Shown here one piece after another: positions 37,651 to 49,020 of a stretch of DNA of 64,000 bases. The notes beneath the pieces were generated by a model. It was not told the DNA's origin and searched no databases. It worked only from the letters and a program-made list of their open reading frames with translations. Location of the stretch: positions 200,820,001 to 200,884,000 of the forward strand of contig NC_086100.1 of NCBI RefSeq assembly GCF_963921235.1, given 5' to 3'. The number at the start of each line of letters is the position of its first letter. The stretch's first letter is position 1. Source of the DNA: Mobula hypostoma (taxonomy: Eukaryota). Position numbers and translations under genes: made by a program.

Positions 37651-40600
37651 AACATAGAACATAGAATAGTACAGCACAGTACAGGCCCTTCGGCCCACAA
37701 TGTTGTGCCGACCCTCAAACCCTGCCTCCCATATAAGCCCCCACCTTAAATTCCTCCATATACCTGTCTAGTAGTCTCTTAAACTTCACCAGTGTATTTG
37801 CCTCCACCACTGACTCAGGCAGTGCATTCCACGCACCAACCACTCTCTGAGTAATAAACCTTCCTCTAATATCCCCCTTGAACTTCCCACCCCTTACCTT
37901 AAAGCCATGTCCTCTTGTATTGAACAGTGGTGCCCTGGGGAAGAGGCGCTGGCTATCCACTCTATCTATTCCTCTTATTATCTTGTACACCTCTATCATG
38001 TCTCCTCTCATCCTCCTCCTCTCCAAAGAGTAAAGCCCTAGCCCCCTTAATCTCTGATCATAATGCATACTTTCTAAACCAGGCAGTATCCTGGCAAATC
38101 TACTCTGTACCCTTTCCAATGCTTCCACATCCTTCCTATAGTGAGGTGACCAGAACTGGACACAATACTCCAAGTGTGGCCTAACCAGAGTTTTATAGAG
38201 CTGCATCATTACATCGCGACTCTTAAACTCTATCCCTCGACTTATGAAAGCTAACACCCCGTAAGCTTTCTTAACTACCCTATCCACCTGTGAGGCAACT
38301 TTCAGGGATCTGTGGACATGTACCCCGAGATCCCTCTGCTCCTCCACACTACCAAGTACCCTGCCATTTACTTTGTACTCTGCCTTGGAGTTTGTCCTTC
38401 CAAAGTGTACCACCTCACACTTCTCCGGGTTGAACTCCATCTGCCACTTCTCAGCCCACTTCTGCATCCTATCAGTGTCTCTCTGCAATCTTTGACAATC
38501 CTCTACACTATCTACAACACCACCAACCTTTGTGTCGTCTGCAAACTTGCCAACCCACCCTTCTACCCCCACATCCAGGTCGTTAATAAAAATCACGAAA
38601 AGTAGAGGTCCCAGAACAGATCCTTGTGCGACACCACTAGTCACAATCCTCCAATCTGAATATACTCCCTCCACCACCACCCTCTGCCTTCTGCAGGCAA
38701 GCCAATTCTGAATCCACCTGGCCAAACTTCCCTGGATCCCATGCCTTCTAACTTTCTGAATAAGCCTACCGTATGGAACCTTGTCAAATGCCTTACTAAA
38801 ATCCATATAGATCACATCCACTGCACTACCCTCATCTATATGCCTGGTCACCTCCTCAAAGAGCTCTATCAGGCTTATTAGACACGATCTGCCCTTCACA
38901 AAGCCATGCTGACTGTCCCTGATCAGACCATGATTCTCTAAATGCCTATAGATCCTATCTCTAAGAATCTTTTCCAACAGCCTTCCCACCACAGACGTAA
39001 GGCTCACTGGTCTATAATTACCCAGACTATCCCTACTACCTTTTTTGAACAAGGGAACAACATTCGCCTCCCTCCAATCCTCCAGTACCATTCCCGTGGA
39101 TAACGAGGACATAAAGATCCTAGCCAGAGGCTCAGCAATCTCTTCTCTCGCCTCGTGGAGCAGCCTGGGGAATATTCCGTCAGGCCCCGGGGACTTATCT
39201 GTCCTAATATAGTTTAACAACTCCAACATCTCCTCTCCCTTAATATCAGCATGCTCCAGAACATCAACCTCACTCATATTGTCCTCACCATCATCAAGTT
39301 CCCTCTCATTGATGAATACCGAAGAGAAGTATTCATTGAGGACCTCGCTCACTTCCACAGCCTCCAGGCACATCTTCCCACCTTTATCTCTAATCGGTCC
39401 TACCTTCACTCCTGTCATCCTTTTTTTCTTCACATAATTGAAGAATGCCTTGGGGTTTTCCTTTACCCTACTCGCCAAGGCCTTCTCATGCCCCCTTCTT
39501 GCTCTTCTCAGCCCCTTCTTAAGCTCCTTTCTTGCTTCCCTATTTTCCTCAATAGACCCATCTGATCCTTGCTTCCTAAACCTCATGTATGCTGCCTTCT
39601 TCCTCCTGACTAGATTTTCCACCTCACTTGTCACCCATGGTTCCTTCACCCTACCATTCTTTATCTTCCTCACCGGGACAAATTTATCCCTAACATCCTG
39701 CAAGAGATCTCTAAACATCGACCACATGTCCATAGTACATTTCCCTGCAAAAACATCATCCCAATTCACACCCGCAAGTTCTAGCCTTCTAGCCTCATAA
39801 TTTGCCTTTCCCCGATTAAAAATTTTCCTGTCCTCTTTGATTCTATCCTTTTCCATGATAATTATAAAGGCCAGGGAGCGGTGGTCACTGTCCCCCAGAT
39901 GCTCACCCACTGAGAGATCTGTGACCTGACCCGGTTCATTACCTAGTACTAGATCTAGTATGGCATTCCCCCTGGTCGACCTGTCCAGATACTGTGACAG
40001 GAATCCGTTCTGGACACACTTAACAAACTCTGCCCCATCTAATCCCTTGAAACTAATCAGGTGCCAATCAATATTAGGGAAGTTAAAGTTACCCATGATA
40101 ACAACCCTGTTATTTTTGCACCTTTCCAAAATCTGACTCCCAGTCTGCTCCTCTGTATCTCTGCTGCTACCAGGGGGCCTATAGAATACCCCCAGTAGAG
40201 TAACTGCTCCCTTCCTGTTCCTGACTTCCACCCATATTGGCTCAAAAGAGGATCCTGCTACATTACCCACCCTTTCCAGTAGCTGTAATAGTATCCCTGA
40301 CCAGTAGTGCCACCCCTCCTCCCCTTTTTCCGCCCTCTCTATCCCTTTTACAGCACTGAAATCCAGGAATATTGAGAATCCGTTCCTGCCCTGGTGCCAG
40401 CCAAGTCTCTGTAATGGCCACTACATCATAATTCATGTATGTACCCAAGCTCTCAGTTCATCATCTTTGTTCCTGATGCTTCTTGCATTGAGGTACACAC
40501 ATTTCAGCCCTTCTACCTTACTACCTCTACACCGTTTATTCTGCTTCTCTTTCCTCAAAGCCTCTCTCTATGTTAGATCTGGCTTTACTCCATGCACTTC

Positions 40601-41105
40601 TTTCACTGCTCTATCGCTCTGGGTCCCATCCCCCTCGCAAATTAGTTTAAACCCTCCCGAACCATGCTAGCAAACCTACCTGCAAGGATATTGCTCCCCC
40701 TCAAGTTCAGGTGCAACCCATCCAATCTGTACAGGTCCCACCTTCCCCAGAAGAGATCCCAATGATCTAAAAATCTAAAACCCTGCTCCCTGCACCAACT
40801 CCTCAGCCACGCATTCAACTGCCATCTCCTCCAATTCTTACCATCTCTGTCACGTAGCACTGGCAGCAATCCTGAGAACGCCACCCTTGAGATCCTGTTC
40901 TTCAGCCTTCTGCCTAGTTCCCGAAACTCACACTGCAGGACCTCATCCCTCTTCCTGCCTATGTCGTTGGTACCAACATGTATCACGCCTTCTGGTTGCT
41001 TTCCCTCTCGTACCAGGATGTCGTGCACCCGGTCAGAGACATACCGGACCCTGGCACTCAGGAGGCAACAAACCATGCAGGTGTCCTTTTCACGTCCACA
41101 ATATC
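37651..41105 (-). mobile_element. CR1 LINE with ORF1 esterase domain and long ORF2
   Basis: ORF1 fragment 40642-41076 VIHVGTNDIG...DGLHLN (SGNH esterase); ORF2 continues to a tail at about 37651. Confidence 0.96.
37715..40270 (-). CDS. CR1 ORF2 (endonuclease C-half and RT), 851 aa uninterrupted
   Basis: YRPP, SDH, NYRPVSLTS, QHGF, DFSKAFD, FADD. The endonuclease N-terminus (AITETWL) is in another frame at 40263-40448. Confidence 0.92.
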   Translation of the reverse strand: MGNVAGSSFEPIWVEVRNRKGAVTLLGVFYRPPGSSRDTEEQTGSQILERCKNNRVVIMGNFNFPNIDWHLISFKGLDGAEFVKCVQNGFLSQYLDRSTRGNAILDLVLGNEPGQVTDLSVGEHLGDSDHRSLAFIIIMEKDRIKEDRKIFNRGKANYEARRLELAGVNWDDVFAGKCTMDMWSMFRDLLQDVRDKFVPVRKIKNGRVKEPWVTSEVENLVRRKKAAYMRFRKQGSDGSIEENREARKELKKGLRRARRGHEKALASRVKENPKAFFNYVKKKRMTGVKVGPIRDKGGKMCLEAVEVSEVLNEYFSSVFINERELDDGEDNMSEVDVLEHADIKGEEMLELLNYIRTDKSPGPDGIFPRLLHEAREEIAEPLARIFMSSLSTGMVLEDWREANVVPLFKKGSRDSLGNYRPVSLTSVVGRLLEKILRDRIYRHLENHGLIRDSQHGFVKGRSCLISLIELFEEVTRHIDEGSAVDVIYMDFSKAFDKVPYGRLIQKVRRHGIQGSLARWIQNWLACRRQRVVVEGVYSDWRIVTSGVAQGSVLGPLLFVIFINDLDVGVEGWVGKFADDTKVGGVVDSVEDCQRLQRDTDRMQKWAEKWQMEFNPEKCEVVHFGRTNSKAEYKVNGRVLGSVEEQRDLGVHVHRSLKVASQVDRVVKKAYGVLAFISRGIEFKSRDVMMQLYKTLVRPHLEYCVQFWSPHYRKDVEALERVQSRFARILPGLESMHYDQRLRGLGLYSLERRRMRGDMIEVYKIIRGIDRVDSQRLFPRAPLFNTRGHGFKVRGGKFKGDIRGRFITQRVVGAWNALPESVVEANTLVKFKRLLDRYMEEFKVGAYMGGRV

Positions 41106-43557
41106 TACATGATTGGCAAATATTGTGGGCCGAAATGTCTGTAATGTGCTGTAGATTTCTACGTTCTATGTAACCCCAACTGTACCCTCACCCTAAACTT
41201 AGTAGTCAGCGCCTCCCTGGAGGCGGGTGTATCAAATAATGCAAGCAGAGAGACCAAGCTCTCTCACTCTCAGCATCAGGCTGCCGGTGGATCCCTAGGA
41301 CCAGAGGTGCTGGGGTCCTCCTCATGTCTGTTTCCTGGGGAGGGTGATATACTCTGCATGCCGACCCCATCAACTAACGGCCCGCAGGGAGTCCCTGGAG
41401 ATTATCCCTCCATTGTCGTAACTGTGGATAAGACTGATGCGATGGTGGAGCGGGCAAGTATGAGTGAGGTACCCGCTGCACAGTTGGGTCACAAGTGCAG
41501 CTATCTATTAGAACATACAGGGAGGAAGATGGATCTATTTGTAGTGAGGGGTTGGAGGGAGAGTCCTTTGATAGCGAGACAATGGACATCCTCACCCCTC
41601 CTGAGAAATCCCCGTTGATACCTGTGGAGGATATCAGAGAGTTCATTCTCACCTCTGAGGGTGCAGAACATCAGCCGAAACTAGCCTCGCTTCGCTGGTC
41701 CAGCATGCCGAGGCTGGTTAAGTCCTCGCGCGTCGTCCTCAGACGGAAGGGGAAGGGGAAGAGGAATACAGAGTCGGGGAATGACAGGCGACAGCTGAAA
41801 TCTTCCTGGATGACCTAGTGAGGGACATTGGAGTGGGAAGTAGCCTCACTCCTTCGGGAGATGGTGGGTTACAGGGTGGCGTTGGCACCGCTTCGGCCTG
41901 GAAAGCAAAAAGTATTCTTGCTTTTTCAGGAAAGTGTGGTTGAGGGCGTCTCCGCTCTCACTGGGAAGGGTACTGGTGCCGAGGCCTAGCGTACTCCCGA
42001 CATGAAGCTCTACTGTAGCTAGTCTAAATGTTAATAGTAGCAGAGGTTCTCTCTGCAGATATAACAATCTCTCAGTCCTCGGAAGGGAGATATGCGGGGA
42101 GTTTCCTGCAGGAGACCCATACCAATCCGGGGGATGAGTCCGCTTGGCTTCTGGAGTGGCATGCATGAGCCACCTCAGCTCCGACTCTAGTGGGGTGGCG
42201 ACCTTGCTGGCCCCAGCCTTCCAGCCAGAAATCGTAAGAGTCCAAGATGTCGTGCCTGGCCGTGCGCCTGGATGGTGTACCTCTGCATTTTATCAACGTG
42301 TATGCTTCGAGGCGCGGGGTGATGCAGATGCGCCTATTCTGTCAGCTGTCCACTCTGCTGAGTTCCATCGATCCTGGGGACTGCGTCATCCTCAGGGGAG
42401 ACTTCAACTGTACCCTCCAGGTGGAGGACCACTCTGGTTTCCAGCCTGACCCAGCATCGGCAAACAAGTTAAAGGAGCTAGCTGGCTCCTTTGACTTGGT
42501 GGACAGCTGGTGGAATCTTCACCCCGACTCCAGCATCTTCTTGAGAAGATCTAGAGGGGGAGGTTCCCGCATAGACGGCCTGTATATCTCTCGGGCTTAC
42601 ATCTCCCGCATGTCGACATCCTCCACGCGGCCGGTGTCGTGCTCGGATCATCACCTTGTGTGGATGGAATTTACTCCTCTGCACCCTCGGGTGGGATCCG
42701 GGTATTAGCATTTTAACAACCAGCTGCTGGAGGACAGCCAATTCCGGGATTCATTCCGAGCGTTCTGGGTCACCTGGAGAAAGAGATGAAGAGATTTCTG
42801 CTCCCTCCGGCTGTGGTGGGATATCTGGTTTTTATGTCAGGAGTACACTAGGGGGTCGACAAAGAGGCGAAGCTCTGAGATTGAGCACCTTGAGAGAGCA
42901 TTGCTTGACCTAGAGTCCTGTCTTGGTGTGATCACTGGGGACCAACTTCTATGGCAGGAATACCAGGAGAAGGATGCACTAAGGATTCTGCAGCTGCAGC
43001 AGTCCAGAGATGTGCATGTGAGGTCACGGATCCAAATGCTGCAGGATTTGGACCATGGCTCACCCTTCTACTCGTTGGAGAGGTGGCGGGGAGACCTAGT
43101 GGAGTTACTGGCTGCTGATGGCTCCCCCGTCACGCACCCTGATGAAATCAACAAAGAAGTCCGCTCATTCTATTGGTCCTTGTTCTCACCAGATCCGTCA
43201 AATGCAGAGGTATGCAATGAGGTCTGAAAAGATTTGCCTAAAGTCAGCCCAGAGGACGCAGTGCATCTGGACATTCCCCTGACTCGGTAGGAGCTGTCTG
43301 CTGCCCTTCAGCAACTCCTGAGGGCTAAGTCCCCTGGCTTAGATGGACTGAGTGTAGAGCTTTATCAAGCTTTCTGGGATGTCCTAGGGGTTGATTACAC
43401 CCTTGTCCTAGGGGAGAGCCTAGCCACCGGGGAAATGCCCCCCTCATGGCGGAGAGCTGTTGTGGTCCTACTGCCCAAGAAGGGAGACCTCCGCCTGCTG
43501 AAGAACTGGCACCCAGTCTCCCTCTTGCGCGCGGACTACAAGTTCTTTGCCCGGGCA

Positions 43558-46046
43558 GGGGTTCAGATTTTTGGATCATTAGGATATCTTCTGGGGAAGG
43601 TCTGACCTGTACAAAAAGGACGGGCTGCACCCGAACTGGAAAGGGACCAATATCCTGGCGGACAGGTTTGCTAGAGCTGTTGGGGAGGGTTTAAACTGGT
43701 TTGGCAGGGGGGTGGGAATCAGAATGTGAGTGCAGAGATTAGGGTAGAAGGACAAGGCATGATGCTATGTGTTCTGAGTTGGTGAGGAAGGACAGGCAGG
43801 GGACAAAACATAAATGTAGCCAGTTAGAGGGGTTGAAATGTGTCTATTTCAACGCTAGGAGTATTAGGAATAAAGGGGATGAGCTTGGAGCATGGGTCAG
43901 TATGTGGAACTACGATGTTGTGGCCATTACTGAAACTTGGCTGGAGGAAGGGCAGGATTGGCTGATGCAGGTACTGGGGTTTAGGTGTTTTAAGAGGAAT
44001 AGGATGGGAGGTAGAAAAAGGCGGGGGAGTAGCATTACTGGTCAGGGATAGTATCACGACTATAGAAAGGGAGGACGCTGCAGAAGGAGTGTCCACTGAG
44101 TCAGTTTGGGTGGAAGTCAGAAATAGGAAGGGATCAATCACTGTGCTGGGAGTAGTCTATAGGCCCCCAAATAGCCCTCAGGACACAGAGGGGCAGATAA
44201 GCAGGCAGATTTTAGAATGGTGCAGGAAATACAGGGTTGTAGTTATAGGTGATTTCAACTTCCTTCATATTGACTGGCACCTCCTGCCTGCAAGGGGGAT
44301 AGATGGGGCTGAATTTGTCAGGTGTGCTCAGGAAGGATTCCTGACACAGTATGTGGACCGGCCGCCGAGAGGAGAGGCCGTACTGAATCTAGTTCTGGGT
44401 AATGAATCTGGTCAGGTGGCAGACCTCTTGGTGGGGGAGCATTTTGGTGAGAGTGCCCACAACTCCCTTAGCTTCAGATAGTTAAGAAGGCCTATGGGAT
44501 GCTAGGCTTCATTAATAGGGGGATTGAGTTCAAGGGTAGAGAGGTCATGTTGCAGCTCTACAAATCTCTGGTGAGACCATACTTAGAGTATTGTGTTCAA
44601 TTCTGGCCACCTCATTATAGGAAGGATGTGGAAGCTAGGGTGATACCACCCTAATAGGTATCATATCAGACTGTGATGAGACAGCCTATAGGGAGGAGGT
44701 GCAGCATTTGACAGAATGGTGTTGTCATAATAACCTAGACTTAACATCACAAAAACCAAGGAGCTGATAGTAGACTTCAGGAAATCAAAGCGCGTCGAGC
44801 ACTCTGCTCTGCACATATACGGGAAAGTGGTGGAGAGAGTAGAGTGTTTCAAGTTCCTCGGCGTCCACATCTCAGCTGACCTCACCTGGACTGCCCATAT
44901 CTCTTATCAGGTGGGGAAGGCCCAACAGAGGCTCTACTTCCTAAGGAAGCTAAAGCACACTCTCCTCCCTCATCACCTGCTGATCAGCTTCTATCGGACA
45001 ACTATAGAGAGCCTCCTGATGTATTGCTGTGCAGTGTGGTTTGCCAGCTGCACAGGACAGAACAGGAAGGACTTGCAGCGGGTGGTGAGGGTAGCAGAGC
45101 GGGTTATTGGCACAACATTACCCTCCCTCAGAGACATTTATACTGGCAGACTTCAAAAGAAGGCTACTTGTATTTCAAAGGATCCCACTCATCCTGAACA
45201 TCACCTGTTTTCCCCTCTGCCTTCTGGGAAGAGATACAGAGTATTAAGGATGAAAACAAAGAGAGTCCTTAACAGCTTCTACCCACAAGCAGTGAAATGT
45301 ATAACACCCCTTTCCCTTCTCCTGTCCCCCTCCTAAGACGGCGGCAGCTAAATGCATCACACTTCCAGGAATGGCAGGTGTGCAATAGTCCTACCCCCCA
45401 CCCCCATCCATATATTATTAATTTTGGACTACACTCCTGATGTTTTAGAGTTTATTTTATGTATATATTCTTTGTCATGCTGCAAAACGTTGAGCTGCTA
45501 AACTGTGTTTCATTGCTCCACAACAATGACAATAAAGATATTCTAATTCTGATTCTATGGAGAGGGTACAGAGGAGATTTACTGGGATGTTGCCTGGATT
45601 GGAAAACAAATCTTATGAGGCAAGGTTAGCAGAGCTGTGACTTTTCTCTTTGGCACGTAGGAGGATGAGAGGGGACTTGATAGAGGTCTACAAGATTATG
45701 AGAGGCATAGATAGGGTGGATAGCCAGTACCTGTTTCCCAGGGCACGTATAGAAAACACCAGAGGGCATATGTACAAAGTTAAGGGAGAGAAGTTTAGGG
45801 GAGACATCAGGGGTAAGTTTTTTACACAGAGGGTTGTGCGTTCCTGGAATGACTTGCCAGGGATGGTGGTGGAGACTAAAACATTAGGGGTATTTAAGAG
45901 CCTCTTGGACAGGCACATGGATGAAAGAGAAATAGAGGGTTACAGGGTAGTGTGGGTTTAGTACTTTTTCTTTAGGAATATATGGGTGGGCACAACATCG
46001 AGGGCCGAAGGGCCTGTACTGTGCTGTAGTATTCTAGTGTCTAGTG
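43558..46046 (+). mobile_element. Internally deleted CR1 inserted in the Tx1 element
   Basis: ORF1 end (DGLHPN), endonuclease YFNARSIRNK, jump to the RT C-terminus near 44480, 3' part at 45557-46046. Confidence 0.88.
44640..45556 (+). mobile_element. Rex1/Babar LINE 3' part nested in the CR1
   Basis: KTKELIVDFRK, VERVECFKFLGVHI, KAQQRLYFLRKL, DPTHPEHHLFSPLPSGKRYR; aataaa plus (attct) tail. Confidence 0.92.
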
Positions 46047-48389
46047 TTAATGGCCAACCGTCTTGGCTCAGTATTGAGATGGGTGATCAAATTACACAGT
46101 CCCGGGCCGCTCCATCCAGAACAATAGCCATCTGATCCACCTGCTCCAGGAGACTGGGTCCCCGGCAGCATTTCTCTCTCTTGACCAGGAGAAGGCGTTT
46201 GACCGGGTAGACCAGATTCCTGGTGGGCACCCTGCAGGCTTTTGGGCTCGGACTCTGCAGAGATTCCTGCACGCCAAGCACCCTCCCAGGTGGTGACATT
46301 CTTCCTCCAGAGGGGCTGCTGTCTTCACGAAGAGATGCAGCTACCACAGGTGGGCGTCAGCTGTGCTGCTTTGCTGAGTCTGCCCGGCTTCTATCAGGAC
46401 CTACTCAGAGTCTGGAACATGGTTGCCTCAGGCCGGGAATCCCCTCCTCTGGCAGAGAGCACAGTCCTGGCTGACCCTTGTCCTACCTCAATGGATGTCT
46501 GTGCGGTTCAGGTGTGTGGAAAGACTCAGGCCACGCAATCTTATCCGAGAACCGAGTCCACGCAACTTGAGCCGCCTCTCCTCGACACCCACAATCCCAT
46601 TCAGGGATGGGCTGCTACTCCATACCCTCCACTTCCTAGCACTTGTCCACCGTCCTGACACGCTATGGCGGTCAGTCTTTCCACCTGGAGGTGAGGGGGG
46701 TCCCCAGTGGAAGTCCCTTTACAAGGGAGTTCTTCTCATGCACCTTGGGGATCTGAGGTGGAGGCTGCTGCATAGAGCGGTGCCTTGTAATAAATTCTTT
46801 AGTTTGTACACGGATCTCCCAGCCACATGTAATTTCTGCGGGCTGGAGGAGACCGTGTACCACATGTACATGGAGTGTGTGAGGCTGCAGCCCCTTTTTG
46901 CGTATCTGGGTGGGCTGCTTCTCGTATTCTGATTGCATAAAATGATTGCATTTTAGCCCCACCCTATTTATATACGGTCATCCAGTAAGGAGGAGAGCAT
47001 GGAGGGATGAGGATGTCCTTGTCAACGTGCTCCTGGGGCTGGTGAAAACAGCCATCCATGGGTCTTGGAAACAGGTGGCAGGAGGATCTGCCCGGGTAGA
47101 CTGCCTGCCAATGTTTAGGGGGTATGTTCGTGCCCGGGTAAATATTGAAAGGGAACACACGCAGTCCACAGCGACCCTAGAGGAGTTCCGGGACTGTTGG
47201 GCTCCTCGGGGTGTAATTGCCATCATTGATAGAGATGGAAGCATTTTGGTTTAAGGTGTATTGTCTATTTGTAGTGAAGTAATCGTTTTGCATATGTAAC
47301 AGTGAATTTGTAGTAAAGATATTTTGTATGAAAAAACCCCTCAGCCGCCCGCTAACCCAAACCCTCGGCCGTACACTAAATGGGAAAAACTGGAGCATTT
47401 AGACGCAATCACAGGGAGAACATTTAAACTGCTTACAAACAGCGGTAGGATTTGAGACCCGTTCAGTGATCGCTGGCGCTTTAAATGGTGAGGAAGTGTT
47501 CAGAGACCCAGAAGAAGCTGCTCCTAAAACATTGAGTGTGACTTCACACACACTGGCGAATGTAACAGCAATGAAGGGAAATTATGATAGGTTATCAAGG
47601 AACATAAAACAGAGTAAAATATTTTATAAGCAAGAATGAAATTAAGGAAAGTGAAGCTGTGAATAGGCCATTGGGTCAGAGATCAGAGAACGGTTGGAAG
47701 ATGGCAGCATCATTTGTGGAGGAGAGCCAAATAATCCAATTCTGCTCCTGTATCCCATGGTCTTGTTCCCGATCAGCTGGATGTGATTGGGGAGTGATTT
47801 GAATGATATCATTGCAAAGTGGAACACAGCCCCGGTCCAAAGGATGCAACCCTGTTGTTTGAGAGTTTCAAAGGAAGAAATGATTCCATGACTTTAGACC
47901 AGGGATTAGTTACGCTTACTGAACGTTAGGAGATGGTTCATAGAAAACATAGAAGAAGAAACTGTGCAGGTTTTCCAGCCCGCAACGTTGTGTCAATCTT
48001 TTACTCTAAGATCTAAGATCAAACTAGCCCTTCCCTCCCACATGGCTCATCATCCATGGGTCTTTCTCAGAGATTTTTAAATGTGCTGGATAAATCATCT
48101 TCTGCCACCTACCCTAGTAGGTCATTCCATGCACCCACCACTCTGTATAAAAAGTTACCTCTGTCAGCCTCCCTGATACTTCCCTCCAATCACTTTAAAA
48201 TTATGCCCTGCTGTATTAGCCATCTCAAGGGGCAGTTAAGGATGGGCAGGAAATGCTGGTCTTGCACAATTCTTTATGTTCGTCCAAAATGATGCCCTTG
48301 CATATTAGCACCAGAGAACTGGCAGATCATTGTTGTCAGAATCAGTTATTATCAGTGATCATATGATGCAGTTTGCGGCAGCAATATTA

Positions 48390-49020
48390 TGTTCGGTTTG
48401 GATCCTGCTGTAGATGTAAATTTGTTGGATCAAATAACGACAGCACAAAAAGATCGTTACTTATCTTTTCACCATTTATTTCTTCGAGTTCAGCCGGCGA
48501 GAGACCTTGGACCCGACATCAGAGAGAGAAACGTTCTCATCTCTCTGGCGGTTCAACAAGTTCACTGCCTGATGTCAGAATTGTTAGAAGTTATAAGGCC
48601 ACCGATACAAAAGAACAATCAGGTTGATAACCATTCCAGTTAAGTCAATGGACTATTGATACAAAGAACAATCAGTTTGTTAGACACTCCAGCCACCTTA
48701 ATTAAAGAAAAGAATGTCCTACCTTGTTTGTTGGAGCCACAACTTAATTGCAAAGATAAGAACATCTGTCAAATTTATGCTTTAATTAAGAAGGGAATGT
48801 CCTGTCTAATTTCCATCAGGTTCTGCCTTTTGTCAAAATCAAAAGGTGTGAAAAGCCCAGAGACATCTTATGTGGATCTGGGTGAACTTTAACCCTTATC
48901 TTGCTCCAAAGAAAGCAGCTGTGAGACATTATTCAAACACGCTGCAGTCACAGACATAGTCAGTACTGAATCCATTGTTTACAGGGATCTGAGAATCCCC
49001 CTTTCCCTTAAACTTTATCA
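48390..49020 (-). repeat. 3' LTR (about 631 bp)
   Basis: TG start directly after the PPT at 49020, AATAAA near 48478, CA end at 48390; direct repeat of 54800-55142. Confidence 0.85.

Larger units (their letters stand above)
41200..47336 (+). mobile_element. Tx1-clade L1 LINE (ORF1 tail, disrupted ORF2), split by nested insertions
   Basis: ORF2 start TVASLNVN near 42010; HFINVYA, GDFNC, SRIDGLY, SDHH, KSPGLDGL, LPKKGDLRLLKNW. Resumes LMANRLG at 46047; C-terminal WRLLHRAV..CNFCGLEETVYHMYMECVRL; A-tail near 47330. Confidence 0.88.
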
